A DNA stretch of 63,784 nt, the filler included, from Intoshia linei (lineage: Eukaryota; Animalia; Orthonectida): the NCBI GenBank assembly GCA_001642005.1. It is 4 parts of 4 records of this genome, joined end to end, with 100 filler letters (N's around TTAATTAATTAA, not from the genome) between each part and the next. Parts side by side here need not be neighbours in the genome. Positions count along the whole stretch, not along the records: positions 24,261 to 27,981 come from LWCA01002048.1; positions 28,082 to 54,156 come from LWCA01000481.1; 2 more parts are not named here. One strand, 5' to 3'. Numbering within the stretch: position 1 is the first letter of the stretch; each line of letters starts with the position of its first letter. Shown in pieces: positions 25,668 to 39,225 of this stretch. Both the position numbers and the translations under genes were made by a program. The notes beneath the pieces were generated by a model. The model was not told the origin of the DNA and did not search any database. It saw only the letters and a list, made by a program, of their open reading frames with translations.

Positions 25668-27627
25668 ATGTTTAATAGTTTTACCCCGTTATTTTTAATT
25701 TTGACAATAATCAATTTAATTAGAGGTTTTTTTATTAAATTTTTCAATTTAATTAGTAAAATATAAAATTAATTAATTTTCAATATTTTTAGTATATAAA
25801 AGTTACAAACATGAATTAGACCAAGAAAATTATAATTTGTCAGAGAAAAACCAATCGAGGTTTATTGATGCTTTTGATGCAATGTTTAATTTGAATTCCA
25901 AAGAAGATTTAAATGAAAAGTTTGATAAGCAAAACCCCATGTCTTTAAAAAATGTTTCAATTTTGAAAAATGATAGCTGGATAATAGGATATAAAAATCA
26001 AGAAAACAACTCTATTATTAAAGTTGATGAACTCAGCAACGATAGTTTAGGTAGGAAATTAAATATTAATCAAAATTTGACTGAAATTTTAAAAGTAGCC
26101 GATACAAATCAAAATTTTACCTTGAATTCTACTACTACTTTGAATTTTGATGAAAATATAAAAAATTTAAATGATTCGATTCCACAGGTTATAAATACTA
26201 ATAAATCTACCGAAAATAATACCAACCCTATTGATTTTGATTCGGAGAATACAAAGCAACTCAAAATTGCTTTGAATGATAATGTAAATATCTCAAGCAA
26301 AACGAACTTTACCAAAATTAATTTTATATTATTAACCACATCAAATTCATCAGCTGTAAAAAATGAATCGAAACAAAAATTTAATGTATCTGATTTAATT
26401 GAATTTGGGAATGCAACAAATAAACTAAATGAAACAAAATTAACACAAAAATTAAGTGAATCGATCCATTTTGTCAATGTTTCTCAACATGAAGTTTTGG
26501 AATTTAAAAAAAAGGATGAAAATTACATAAACGTAAAAAATGATGAAATTACCGAATTTAAAAACGATACATTTATTGAAAAGATTAATGATACTCAAAA
26601 AAACAATACAAATTTAATTGTAAATTCAGATTTGACATTGGATGATTTATCAAATATACATTTAAACAAAACATTCAGCAATAAAAATACAACCATTATC
26701 AGTAAAAATTTTACGAAACCATTTTCTAGTGCTCATATTTTAAATGCTACCGATAATTTAATTTTTGACAATGGATATAATTCGATTAATTTCAGTGATA
26801 AAAATGTTGATGCATTTTCTAATTCTGAACCTATTAAAAACATAACTAATCTAAATTTATTTATAAAAAATACCACCATTACCGATTTGACATCGAATAC
26901 CAATGAAACAACGCACGATGAAAATTTTTCATATATAAAGTTTCCAAACAATCAAGACAATTCAACAATTTACAAGAGTTTTACTTTTTCTGATAACGAT
27001 TTAATTGAAAAAGGAAATGATTTAAAGGTTATTAATAGTACCGGAATTGATCATAAAGTAAATGAATTGGACGCGAGTTCAACTAAATCAATTAAATTAT
27101 TGAATTATACGAAACACTCTAAGTTGGTGGTTCCTAATAATTCTTTAGAAGGAAATTTTACGGTTCACGTAAATACAATTAATTTAAATTTAAATGAATC
27201 CAATCGAAATTTTACCTCAAATCACACCAACGTTTTAAATACGCCAATTGTTTTAACCTCTTTGAACGTTTCCAACTTTGATGTGTCAAATTTTTCTAAT
27301 GTTTTGAATACAATACATGCCAAAACAACAATTTCGGTTGATGAATCAAATGAAACTATTTTTAATACAACTAATGTCGATGTCGATGTAGCTATTAAAA
27401 TCACCAATGTAGATGAAAAATTTAATACCACATTTGCAGAGGATAAAGTTACCAAAAATCTCAAAAATGAGAATATGGATAATTCTGTTTATAAAGATAT
27501 TGTTCGCAAGAAACTTTTAATTGATAGTGTGACGACTACATTAAAACCACCACCTAGCAATGATTCTAGTTTAATTCCAAAAGTATGCATTATTCCAAAT
27601 TGTATTGTAATTTTTTTGTTAGTGTGA
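25668..27627 (+). CDS. Asn/Thr/Ser-rich predicted GPI-anchored or C-tail-anchored surface glycoprotein (~630 aa), 2 exons
   Basis: Exon 1 (25668-25725) encodes the signal-peptide-like MFNSFTPLFLILTIINLIR. Exon 2 (25793-27627) is in frame with the 596-aa ORF. About 45 NxS/T sequons by manual count; C-terminus SNDSSLIPKVCIIPNCIVIFLLV* resembles a GPI signal. Confidence 0.8.
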
Positions 27628-27832
27628 TTTATTCAATTATTTTGTCTGTTTTGATTTTCTATCAAAATTAAAAATATTTAGCTTGGATTAAATTGTGGGG
27701 GATAATTAAAAATCTTTTTACTAACACTAAAAAACACTAACATTTTCTGAATAGCATTGCACCAAATGTGCCGCAAAAAAGTTACATTTTTAATATTTTG
27801 GGTATACATTCATTTAATTGATCAGTCTATTA

Positions 27833-27981
27833 CAGGGGTGTCAATTATGCGGCCCCCAATTATGGAATGTGTGGCCCGCGTTATAATATACACTTTTTTA
27901 CACACATTTCTTATTTTACAGTTTTTTATATATTTTTCATGATATATTTATTCATTATTACAATTTTAACATTATTTTTAC
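27833..27981. mobile_element. hAT MITE left arm, truncated by a gap; sister of 42830-43042
   Basis: CAGGGGTGTCAATTATGCGGCCCC...ATTATGGAATGTG near-identical to the 42830 copy. Confidence 0.8.
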
Positions 27982-30409
27982 NNNNNNNNNNNNNNNNNNN
28001 NNNNNNNNNNNNNNNNNNNNNNNNNTTAATTAATTAANNNNNNNNNNNNNNNNNNNNNNNNNNNNNNNNNNNNNNNNNNNNTTTACTCTTTAATTTATCT
28101 GTATTTATTTTATCTAAATTCATTCATAAATAGATGACGATCAACATTTAATAATACATATTATAATATTAATATACAAATTAATGAAATTCACGGTTTT
28201 TTTAAATTGAGGCATTCCGTTAATTAGTAAAAACGATTTAACCGATTTCATAACTATGAAATTTACTATTAGAAATATGATAATAATGTTCAATTATTCA
28301 AATTTTGAAGTGCTCAGCTCAGGCAATTATTGTATGCAAAATATAATTAATGCCTACAACACATTTTTGTTATATTTACCAGGGTTGTTCGGGTGCCCAA
28401 ATTTTATTCCAACATGTAGACCAAACAGCAGAAATTTATAGCAATGAAAATAATAAATGATTATTGATTAATAAATAAACAAAAAAATAATTGTAATTAT
28501 GAAGTGATAAATAAGTAATTTTAAAGTTTAATAGTTTTGAAATTTGACTGAATAACTACAATAACACAACCGTATGGTAAGTTTCCATGATAGAAAGTTT
28601 ATAATGTGGATCCGCATATTTAAATATATTTTTTTAAATTCTACAATAATTAAGTATTTAATATTACTTTTATTTGATAGAAAGTTATTACTTCCTTGTA
28701 CATCTAAAATATAGTTAGTAATAATGTGCATGGACTTGAATCAATTATAATTATTTTTTGTAATCAATTAATTAAAAAATATTTTTAATGTTAGATATGT
28801 TTGTATCATATATTATTTGTATCATATATATTATATATTTGAATTATAGTTTTTATTGAGAAATTGAGAAGTTTTAATAGATAATTGAGTATAAATGATT
28901 ATACTATTTGATAAGTGCAGGAGTATTAAATTACATTATGAAAAAATCAAAAAATATTAATACCGTCAGATTTGTGGATAGTGAACATTTAGTTCCGATT
29001 TTTTTTAATGTTCACTATAAAAAAATAATGAAAATGACAGTGAAATGAAACATTATTAATCATGAATCTTTTATTTATTTTCTATATAAGTCAAGTTACT
29101 ATAGTAATATCAGTTAAGTTCACTATTTGTTTACTATCTAAAGGGTTAACTATTAACAATTCTGACTGTAGTAGATTCTTTTAGTAAATTAAGTTCTGCT
29201 GTTTTCTTGCATTTAAAAAATAGTATCTTATATTGTAAAAACAGTAAACTAATTATTTAATGAAATATATAAAATTTGGCAAAATAATACAGAGTTGGAC
29301 TTTTCATTTTTTTGAACATGACATTACCTCTAATGCTCAAAAATTTAATAATCAATTATTTGGTAGTGAAGTAAATGAAAAATTTAAATTTTACGTGATA
29401 TTATTTATCTTAACACTACAGTTTGTAATATATATAATTCTATGTTAATTAACTATTAAACTAATTAACTGAGTTGTAAGATTATATTTTCGTATAATGG
29501 AAATGTTATAATAAACTAAAATACTAAAAATTCAATAAAAGTGAAGTTATAACATTTTCAACCAGATAATAATATATTGAATGCCACCAGAAAAGTAATT
29601 CGTATACTACTACAGAAGCTGTAGAAAATAACAATCTGAACTCAACTAACTGTCACTAACTGTAAATAATAATTTAATTAAAAATGTATTACTTGATTCA
29701 AAACTAAAAACCATTATAATAACCGCAAAAAGTTCTTTCTTCATTTCTATTTTTTATAATGTAAATATAAATAAAGTAATATACAAATAATACAAATAAA
29801 AAAATGTCATAACATTATAATAATTATTTTCGCATACCATGAAGTTAAATATACCAATATGTCAAAATTTCAATTCCAGAAATCTAAGCATTGCCGGTGA
29901 AAAATAATTTTTAATATATTATCAACTAATATTTTTCAAATACAGTGTGGCCTCTCAATACCGACAATTTTGGTATTTCAATATTTATAGGGGTATTGAG
30001 AGTATATCGTTATAGGAACATTATAGGAACATTTATTAAAAATAGCTGACGTCATTTAAGCTCTTGAAGACGATGTGTATGTTGCAAACCTATTGTGATT
30101 AAATTCTTTAAAACTATCGTGATTTCTTGAATTTTACTATAATTAGAGGTTGTAATTTATGAGATCTATTCATATTTGTACATAACAAAATGGATACTTT
30201 GTCTTATATAATTTTATGACCTTTATATAATTATAAATAGCATAAATTCCATAAAAAATAAAATTATAAAAACCTATTTTGTTATTTTCAGTGTGATGAT
30301 ATATGTTCAGTACCAAATTAGTAAATACTTAAAATTACTAATTATATATTAATAATTAACCGAATCTTCACTTTATAAACATATTTTAGTTGTATTTTAC
30401 CAAAATTTC

Positions 30410-31305
30410 AAAGGATTGTAATAAATATAAAAATGATATTAACAAAGTTGTTTTATTTTCGTTGTTTAGTTTCTATTGAAATTTTATTCAAAATGTTTAG
30501 TAAATGAGAATTTAAAATTTAAAAATTGCGTAGCAATGAAAATAATAAATCAATGAAATGCAAAAAAAAAAATCAGTATGAAAAGCAATGAAATGTGTGG
30601 ACGTACAATGCACATTTTTTTTGAAATTGTAGGATCAATATTTACATTTTAATTTTTATTTTAATCGAAATATTTGAAAAATCTGGTTGATAATATATTA
30701 AAAATTATTTTTCACCAGGAATGCGTAGATTTCTGGGGTTGAAATTTTGTATTTATATCAACTGGAATAAGCTCTATCAGAATAATTTTTTTTTAATTTT
30801 CGGACCGTTAATTATTTTACATTTTGTGTTTTAATAAAATATTTCGAAAAAAAAATATATAAATACTAAAATGCTTTTTTGACCGTGAAATCGTCATTTA
30901 ATCGGATTAAATTTTTTTGTGTGTTAACAGGATAAAACTGTAACACCAGTAAATTTTTTGAAATTCTAGGGCTGTTTTAATTAAAAAAAGAAGGGTAATT
31001 TGGGGTTTTGGCATACAAGATATAATTTTTTTAAATTTAAATTTATATAATGTTTATGATTTTACAATCCGTATCAACGTATATTTTATTTTAAATTCTC
31101 CAACGCGTTTGATTTTCAAAAAGAGGGACAAATGGGGTTTTTGACCCGTAAGATGTGAAATTGGGAGGTTGGAATTTATTTTATTAAACGTCCCGGAAAA
31201 AACTGTAATTGAAATGTGGACTTTATAAAACTCTAAGACTGGTAGTTATTTCAATAAAGTAGAACACACACACACAAACAAAAATCGCGTAGCATATTAT
31301 ATAAG
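30410..31305 (-). mobile_element. Helitron-like element, long copy upstream of 7TM gene 1
   Basis: Reverse complement of 32811-33557 and 62315-63270 over ~750 bp; ends in CACACACACAAAC...CATATTATATAAGT, the element's 5' end. Confidence 0.8.
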
Positions 31306-31771
31306 TTAAGAGTTAAGCAATAAATAAAGAAAAATGTAATTATAAAAATTTGATACATTACTTTTTTTGGATAATTTTAAAATATATTAAATGTTATGCT
31401 AGGATAATAACCATTTCATAAATCAATGAAAATTAATATTTCTAATGTATAATTTAATCCTAAATTATTAGATAAATATTTAAGTTAAATAAAATGCGTG
31501 CAGAATATTTTGGTATCAAACTAACGTTAGATGTAACATTAATGGATTGAAAAGTAATTAAAATAATGAATGTATTAAACGTATAATATACATATATCAT
31601 ATAAGTACAAAATACCACAATATATTGACTAACTATATATTTCAATTATGTCAAAGTAAAATATGAAATATATAAAATTACTTAAAACAGATAAAATATT
31701 TTAAATAAATGTAATGTAGAAGTATTTTTTGAGATTAATCAATTTTAGTTTACAAAAGGAACAGTATTGCA

Positions 31772-32671
31772 ATGTATTTTACTGTTTGGTATGTAATTTT
31801 GGCAATATCTTACACAATCTTAATTTTGCTAGCGATCTGTTTACTGTTTTTATTATATTTTTACAAAGGAAAAAGATCTATGGCATACTACATTGCTATT
31901 TATTCCATTTTAGTCATAGCCGGATGTTTCAGATTATGTCAACATGCAATGTATTTAGATAATCAAAGTAGTATAATTACGGAGTTGATATCTAAATATG
32001 TGGTACAATCATGCATATATTTATGTATAGGTATAGAATTTTATGGGTTCATTGGAGTAATATCAAAGAAACATGCCTGTTACAAGGTTTTATCTAAACC
32101 GGTTGCAATGGTTATTCTAGCGATAAACGTAACACTTAACTTAACATTAATTTTAATTTTATATTTTGGAAATTTGCCTATACATACCAATTATATAATA
32201 AAAATAGTTATACATTCTTTAAACTGTTGCTTCGGAATTATTACATGTTTAATAGGGATACAAATATTTTACCTATTTATTAAGCGCAAAAATCCTACAT
32301 ATGAAATTATTGATTCTACTTATTTGTCAGAAGTTCACTGCAGAAAAATTTCAATATCTATGCATTACATACAAAAATTGCCACGATTCAAGGATACTTT
32401 CAAAATCAATGTGGAAAACCGAATGAATGTGCCATTTTTTGTAAAAATCTTTTTCCTTCAATCTATCTTTATTTTGATTAATATTGGTTTTCAGTTCAGT
32501 TCCATTGCACAATTGATAAAGTTTCTCAAATCGATGACATTGGATGATAATCAATGTGTATACAATCATCTCTTGTTATATGGTGATGTCATTGAAATTA
32601 TTTTAGGATTCAGTATGATATCTCTTTCTTCTAATGCAATATATTTACGTCATAATGTGAACTTTTATTGA
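31772..32671 (+). CDS. Orphan 7-transmembrane receptor-like protein, paralog 1 (299 aa, intronless)
   Basis: Uninterrupted ORF with seven hydrophobic segments; shares KGKRSxxYY, IFYLFxKR, FxDTFxI and PFFVK with paralogs 2 and 3. Confidence 0.85.
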   Translation: MYFTVWYVILAISYTILILLAICLLFLLYFYKGKRSMAYYIAIYSILVIAGCFRLCQHAMYLDNQSSIITELISKYVVQSCIYLCIGIEFYGFIGVISKKHACYKVLSKPVAMVILAINVTLNLTLILILYFGNLPIHTNYIIKIVIHSLNCCFGIITCLIGIQIFYLFIKRKNPTYEIIDSTYLSEVHCRKISISMHYIQKLPRFKDTFKINVENRMNVPFFVKIFFLQSIFILINIGFQFSSIAQLIKFLKSMTLDDNQCVYNHLLLYGDVIEIILGFSMISLSSNAIYLRHNVNFY

Positions 32672-32810
32672 TGTTAAAAATAAACATTATTATGTAATTG
32701 ACATTATTTAACTGCCCATGTTGTAAATCAGGGTTCTGAAACTTTTTGTAGACATTTTATTAACCGCCCACTAGTAAAATTAAATATTTAGTTTTGTTCA
32801 GTTATTTTTA

Positions 32811-33557
32811 GTATATAATATGCTATGCAATATTTTTTTGTGTGTGTGGTAAAGTTTATTTTAATAACTACAAATCTTAAAATCTTATAAATTCCACATT
32901 CTTACAGTTTTTTTTGGGGTGTTAGAAAAATAAATTTTAACCTCCCAAACTCACATCTTACAAGTGAAAAAGCCCATTGTCCTTTTTTTGAAAATCAAAA
33001 CATATTCGAGAATTTAAAAAAATATATTCTCCGATACCGATTTTATAATCATAAATATTATCATAAATTTAAATTTCAAAATCTTCAGGGCCAAAACCAC
33101 AAATTTTTTTTTAATGAAAACAGCCCTATAATTTAAAAAAATTTACAGGTTCTACAGTTGTATCCTGTTAACACACACAGTAAATTTCAATCCGAATAAG
33201 TGACAACTTCACAGTCAAAAAAACATTTTAGTATTCATATATTTTTTTTCGAAATATTTTATTAAAATGAAAAATGAAATAATTAACGGTTCAAAAATTA
33301 AAAAAAGATTATTCTAATAGATATAAATACAAAATTTCAACACCAGAAAACTACGCATTCCCGATGAAAAATAATTTTTAATATATTATCAACCAATATT
33401 GTTCAAATATTTCGATTAAAATAAAAATGTAAATATTGATCATACAATTTCAAAAAAAATTTTTTTGAACGTCTACACATTTCCAATAAAGAAATATAGG
33501 TAAAAATCTATATAATTCATTACTTTGGAATTTTTTTCATTGCTACGCAATTTTTAT
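32811..33557 (+). mobile_element. Helitron-like element between 7TM genes 1 and 2
   Basis: TATATAATATGCTATGCAATAT...TGTGTGTG start, colinear with the 22827 and 62315 copies. Confidence 0.8.
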
Positions 33558-33655
33558 TAAGACATTGTTAGTACAAATATTAAAAATTTACCTTCAATAT
33601 GTAAAATATTTACTTTGCTGTTTTCTAAAAACATTTTTAAGGTCGATAAATTGAA

Positions 33656-34552
33656 ATGGATTTTCTGGCTGCTTACAATTACATATTTTTAATAATAACG
33701 ACTACAATATGTATATCATCAATTATATTCATGATTATGATAACAATGAAGGGTAAACGTTCGATAGCCTACTACGGTGTCATACACATAATGTTATTTT
33801 TAATGTCTGGAATTCGAGCTATAAACTATATTATGCATATAATAAACAAAGAAACGTTTACACTTAGTGTTATATCCAGTTGTTCTGCCACACCATTGCT
33901 TATAGTCGCTTCTATATCTCATTTATACGGTATAATTAAAATATTAAATTCAAAATATTATGTTCGAAGATTATTCAGCAATTCAGGAGCATTGATAATA
34001 GTATTGCTAAACTTATTAAACATTAGTACGGTTATTGTGATAATAACAAATACATCTGATGACACAGTTGCTATGGCCATGTTATTGATTTGCAATGTAA
34101 GTCAAATTATCTTAGGGTTTATTGTGTGTTTGCCGTGTGGATACATTTTCTACTTGTTTAGAAAACGTACAATTGAAAAATATGACATTTTGGATGCTGA
34201 TTACCTCACAAAGTTAGAAAAGGACGTTCAAACTAAAGCTCCGCTTAGTAGAATAATTTCTTTTATGGATACTTTCAAAATTGATGTGAAAAATGAAACA
34301 AAAATTCCATTCTTTGTAAAAGCCATATTTGTTCAATGTTTTATCATTTCATCATTTATAGTAGTTAGAATGGTATTTATTTATTACTTGATAATGTCTC
34401 TAAATCACGGAATAACCCATTATAGATCTATTATGCTTAATATAGTTCAATGCCGCAGTGTAATTGAAACTAGCTATGCCGCCTTACTGTTGTCTTTCTC
34501 AATACATTGTTTATATGCAAAAAGGAGAAGCGATAAAACAAGTAAAAGTTAA
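33656..34552 (+). CDS. Orphan 7-transmembrane receptor-like protein, paralog 2 (298 aa, intronless)
   Basis: KGKRSIAYY, SSCSATPLL, LYGIIKILNSKYYVRRLFSN, IFYLFRKR, SFMDTFKI, IPFFVKA; seven hydrophobic segments. Confidence 0.85.
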   Translation: MDFLAAYNYIFLIITTTICISSIIFMIMITMKGKRSIAYYGVIHIMLFLMSGIRAINYIMHIINKETFTLSVISSCSATPLLIVASISHLYGIIKILNSKYYVRRLFSNSGALIIVLLNLLNISTVIVIITNTSDDTVAMAMLLICNVSQIILGFIVCLPCGYIFYLFRKRTIEKYDILDADYLTKLEKDVQTKAPLSRIISFMDTFKIDVKNETKIPFFVKAIFVQCFIISSFIVVRMVFIYYLIMSLNHGITHYRSIMLNIVQCRSVIETSYAALLLSFSIHCLYAKRRSDKTSKS

Positions 34553-34879
34553 ATAATAAATAAATAAATTAATAAATTCTCTTTTTTAAATAATATAAAA
34601 TAATTGACGATGGTTATACTGAGTAGCCGATATTAATATTCATCAAACGGAATAATACATATGTAAGATATAAAAAATGATGGATAATTTATTTATTGGT
34701 TACCTAATTTATTTCTCATATTAGAAATGAATGATTAAACTATTAACCTAAGCAAAGAAAAATTTGAGGATATTTTAAATATATTCAAGTTATTAACATA
34801 TCCTCTCTAAGAATAATGTTTTATAATTGTATTTAAAATTTTTAATTATGCGGGCGTCAAGAGGTTGAATTAAATTGTA

Positions 34880-35431
34880 GTGTTGGGATGTAAAAAAATA
34901 CATTTTATGTTAGACAAGTACAACCATCCTTGCGACGATTTGAAATCTTCAATTTTTAAATTTGAAGAAATTTTCAGAGCATAAGATTGTATCATTGGAC
35001 CGGAAACTGGAACATTATATTTTCTTAGTAGTTCCAACATGTTCATAACTCCTGTTTCAACTATTAGCCTTTGATATGATCAATCTGTATTTTAAAAAAT
35101 TTTTTGTATTGTTGTTTTGGATACATTATACAATTCAGCCAACTTTCTTTGAGATGAGTTTTTTTTTAATAGGATTTTGACAATTTCATTTTTTTTATCA
35201 GTTGTTAATTGTGTTATCAATTGACATCACGTGTAATTTAGTTTATACAAATTTAAATTTATTAACAATTGTAAATGTGTAACCATTGACATGTTTTAAT
35301 TTATATTTTTGGTCAGTTTTCCAAAGAGAAATTTATTTATATTAGTATGAATTTGTTATATTGTCTTAAAAAGTGGTCACTTTTGAGAGGTGGTCACCCG
35401 TTCGAAGTTGTCACTGTTCGAATTTCTACTG
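34880..35431 (-). mobile_element. pogo/Tigger transposon relic (CENP-B-type HTH)
   Basis: Minus strand reads SQRKLAELYNVSKTTIQKILK...LRKYNVPVSGPMIQSYALKISSNLKIEDFKSSQGWL; terminus TA|CAGTAGAAATTCG at 35431. Confidence 0.8.
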
Positions 35432-35488
35432 TACTAATGTTCTTTTTAGATTTATATTAAAACAGTTACAATTATGTACATTGTACAT

Positions 35489-36617
35489 TAGGGTGTTAAC
35501 TTTTTGACCGAATTTTAGAAATTAAAAAAATACAGGCCATACGGTATGAGAAATGCAATAAAAATAACATCTGGGGTGTTTGTTTTTAATAGTATTACAA
35601 AAATATCGGCCTGCTCTGCAATTTAAAAATACCCATAATATTTTGAACTGACTTTTATTATTATTATATTATTTTTTATGATTATTATTAAGTTCAAGTC
35701 GATTAACGGTGTCATTATCTAATTCACCGTCAATGCATGTAACCGATCTAATTTATGTAGGCATTTGAAAGTATTTATGGTACTGTCGTTACTTCACCCC
35801 GTAAAGAATCTGAGAAATAGTATAAATAATTTTGTTTAATAGAAGTGGAAAGGTTTCTTTTTAAAAGTAAATTCTATAATAGAACACCTAACTGAAAAAT
35901 TGTACATATGATGAAATAAACTTTTTTAAATGTATCATTATGATACAACTTACAACCATACAACTTGAATGGGTCCAACAGTTACGAATTTGGCTTCCTT
36001 AAAATTTCATCAACCTTATCTCCGTGTTATATAATTTCTGTGAGATTTTATATACGGATTACAGTTTTGTCAAAAATGTTGCTTCTCAAAGATATCTACA
36101 TGATGCTAACCTATACTTCTATCAACCTCTATTTACGTATTTATTGACGATTCCTTTTATTTTACAGATAGAATATGGAAGAAATGAAACATTGCAATCT
36201 GATTAGAATCAAAATAATTATTATTTTTCATTGAGCTGAATTTCATTATGTGATTTATGTTAATTATATTACGTTTATATTATTTTGACACAAAAAAAAT
36301 TTAGCAATTACTTATGAAATTTTGAATATAAAATAGAGAGAAAAAAATATTTTTTTGTAATTAATTAGACCCATTTTAATTTTTTCGCAGGCAGGTAAGA
36401 TTGTTGTCAATAGAAATAACAAATTTTAATAAATAATATAAACATAATGGCAAGGTTACGCACAATGTTATAAATCTTATTTATGAAAACTATTTCCATT
36501 GAGCAGGCCGATGTTTTTTAAAATTTAGGCTTAAAGAATGATACAACCGTTCTTAGAATTTTTTTCTCATCGTGTATAACCCTGTATTTTTGTTATTAGA
36601 AAAAAGTTAACACCCTA
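35489..36617. mobile_element. Non-autonomous hAT (hATm-like, TAGGGTG ends) element with long imperfect TIRs
   Basis: TAGGGTGTTAACTTTTT / AAAAAGTTAACACCCTA, with further inverted blocks (ATCGGCCTGCTC / GAGCAGGCCGAT); TSD TTGTACAT / TTATACAT (7/8). Confidence 0.85.
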
Positions 36618-37227
36618 TTATACATATACGTTATTATTATACATATTACATGTTAAAATCATGTATGTAGCATTCTGGCAAATTTTACTTGCTTTATATA
36701 TTTAGAGTAAATATATTAATTTTGACTTCCAAGTTGGCACTGTTTCATTTTTTCACATTATGGAATTGTTTAATTTCAATAATTTCATAATTAAGATCAA
36801 ATTTCTCTCATCATTCACTCTTAATGGTACAATTTATTGGTTTATAAAAGTGTTTCACAACTTTGTTTTAACGAAATCAACATTCCACGAATTTTTACTT
36901 CTTCACACTAATAAAACTGGAAATATTTATAATAAATTTATTAAAATTTGTAAATATCTTACCAACGATATCAACAGTTTTGAAGTCTGTACTCGAATCG
37001 AGTCGGTTCCAATCTTAATTTTAAGAACAAGTAAAAATTGTTTATAAAAACACTCCTAAAATTTAAATTTAAAACTAAAATTAACATTATATTAAATCTT
37101 AACTTAAACATAAATAATAAATATTTAAATATATTCATAAAAGACCAAATAAAAATAATTAGTATAATTATAATACATGTATTTAATAAATTACAATTAT
37201 GTATTAATACATAATAGTTTTATAAAT

Positions 37228-37720
37228 TCGTTGCTGTAGTGTTATAATTTAATTAAAGTTTATACAAAATGTTTTGAAAATGAAAAAAAATCCGAAGGAA
37301 TAAATTATATAGATTTTCATCCATATTTCTTTATTGCAAATGAGTAGACGTTCAATGCACATTTTTTTTGAAATTGTAGGATCAATATTTACATTTTCAA
37401 TTTTTATTTTAATCGAAATATTTGAATAATATTAGTTAATAATATATTAAAAATTATTTTTCACCGGGAATGCGTAGATTTATGGGATTGAAATTTTGTA
37501 TTTATATCAACTGGAATAAGCTTTATCAGAATAATTTTTTTTATAATTTTCGGACCGTTAATTATTAACAGGATACAATTGTACCACCTGTAAATTTTTT
37601 GAAATTCTAGGGCTGTTTTCATGAAAAAAAAAATATAATTTGGGTTTTGTCTTTGAATATATATTTTGTTTATATTTAAATTTATGATAATATTTATAAT
37701 TTTAAAATCCGTATAAAGGA
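37228..37720 (-). mobile_element. Helitron-like element, internally deleted copy
   Basis: Shares GAAATTGTAGGATCAATATTTACATTT and CCGGGAATGCGTAGATTT blocks with other copies. Confidence 0.75.
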
Positions 37721-39225
37721 AATATCAAAAAAAGGAAAGTGGAAAAATATTTAATAAAAACTTTGTTTGAAGTTACCCCAACAGAAAGATCTTTCAATGT
37801 ATAAAATCATAATGATGAATTCTTTTTTTTTATAGTTAAAGCCCATAAACTTTCTTTTTGAGTGTCATTGGCAACTCTCAAAAACCCTAGTACATTATTT
37901 TTTAAAATCATTCAACCCCTTTAAATTTTTTTTATTTTCTAGAGCCGGGTACACAACGTACGGTCGCATGCGGCCTAATAGCGTTTATTTGCGGCCGTGG
38001 GTAATCCATCTGATCATAATGTATATGATTTTAATTCAAATTGAAAAGTTGAAAACTCAGATTTTATTCAAGGACTATTCAATTTTTATATTAAAAAGTT
38101 ACATTTTTGACTTTAGCCATTTTCTCAAAATGGATTTAAACTTTCTCAGTGTCAAATAAAATTTAAAATTTTTTATAAAAATTATAACAAAATAATCTTA
38201 AGTGCTAATAATTCACTTTAAATTTATTTTTGATATTTAAATTTAACTCTACAAAAATGTTTATTTTTTATTTATTTATTTGATAATTATAAATTATTCA
38301 TTATATAAATTATATTATATTATATATTATTATATAAATTATAAATATAAATAAAGTTATTTGTAATATTATTTATTTTTAACGATTATGGTGATTTTAT
38401 TCTAATATACATGAATTTAATTTAATGCATCTCGACATTATTCAAGATAATTCGACATAATGCAATTCATCTTACTAATAACGACATAATTATGTTACAT
38501 CAGATTTTATCCAATATGTTCATTTTACTAATTTAAATTTATTTATATTATGAAATTTTACATTATAAACTCATTTCTTTTGGGGCACCTTAAAACAAAG
38601 ATTTTATATAAATTTGTTTGCATTATACTGATTTCTATATCAATTTAATCATTTTATATACTAAATTTCGTGAAAAATCTGAAATTTTTGAATATGTGAA
38701 ACACCGTAAAGGTCACTGTGATTTTTTTTGACAAAAATTAAAAATATTCATATATCCGCATCAAATTAAATGGAAAAAATATCTATAAATTTTTTTCTAT
38801 ATTTTTAAAAAAACTACAGAATGGAATAACTATAATACATACGTTATTTTCGCTTTACATTTAATGTCAAATAATTTAAAATTTTTTGTATGTATTTTTT
38901 ATGGTCACACGTTCTTAAAATTTTTGGAAATGTGAACCACGAAATAATTAAACTTGTCACCATTTTTTTTTTCTTGAAAAATAAATAGTATGTACCAATA
39001 ATTTTAATAATCAAAATAAATACAATAATTTACATTACATGACATTAATAATTATTATGACTTTCTAATAATTTTAAATTAGAAATATAATCAATAATTC
39101 GATTAATTTTTAAGTTTATACAAACCTACATACATATATTCATCTTATTTTCATTTATACTATTATAATAATATATAATTATACATTACTTTATTATACT
39201 TTCTAAAATATATAATAAGCGAAAC

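Noticed and set aside
26109-27464. Minus-strand ORFs of 72-122 aa opposite the surface protein
   Set aside because: Antisense shadows of a long, compositionally biased coding exon; no independent motifs.
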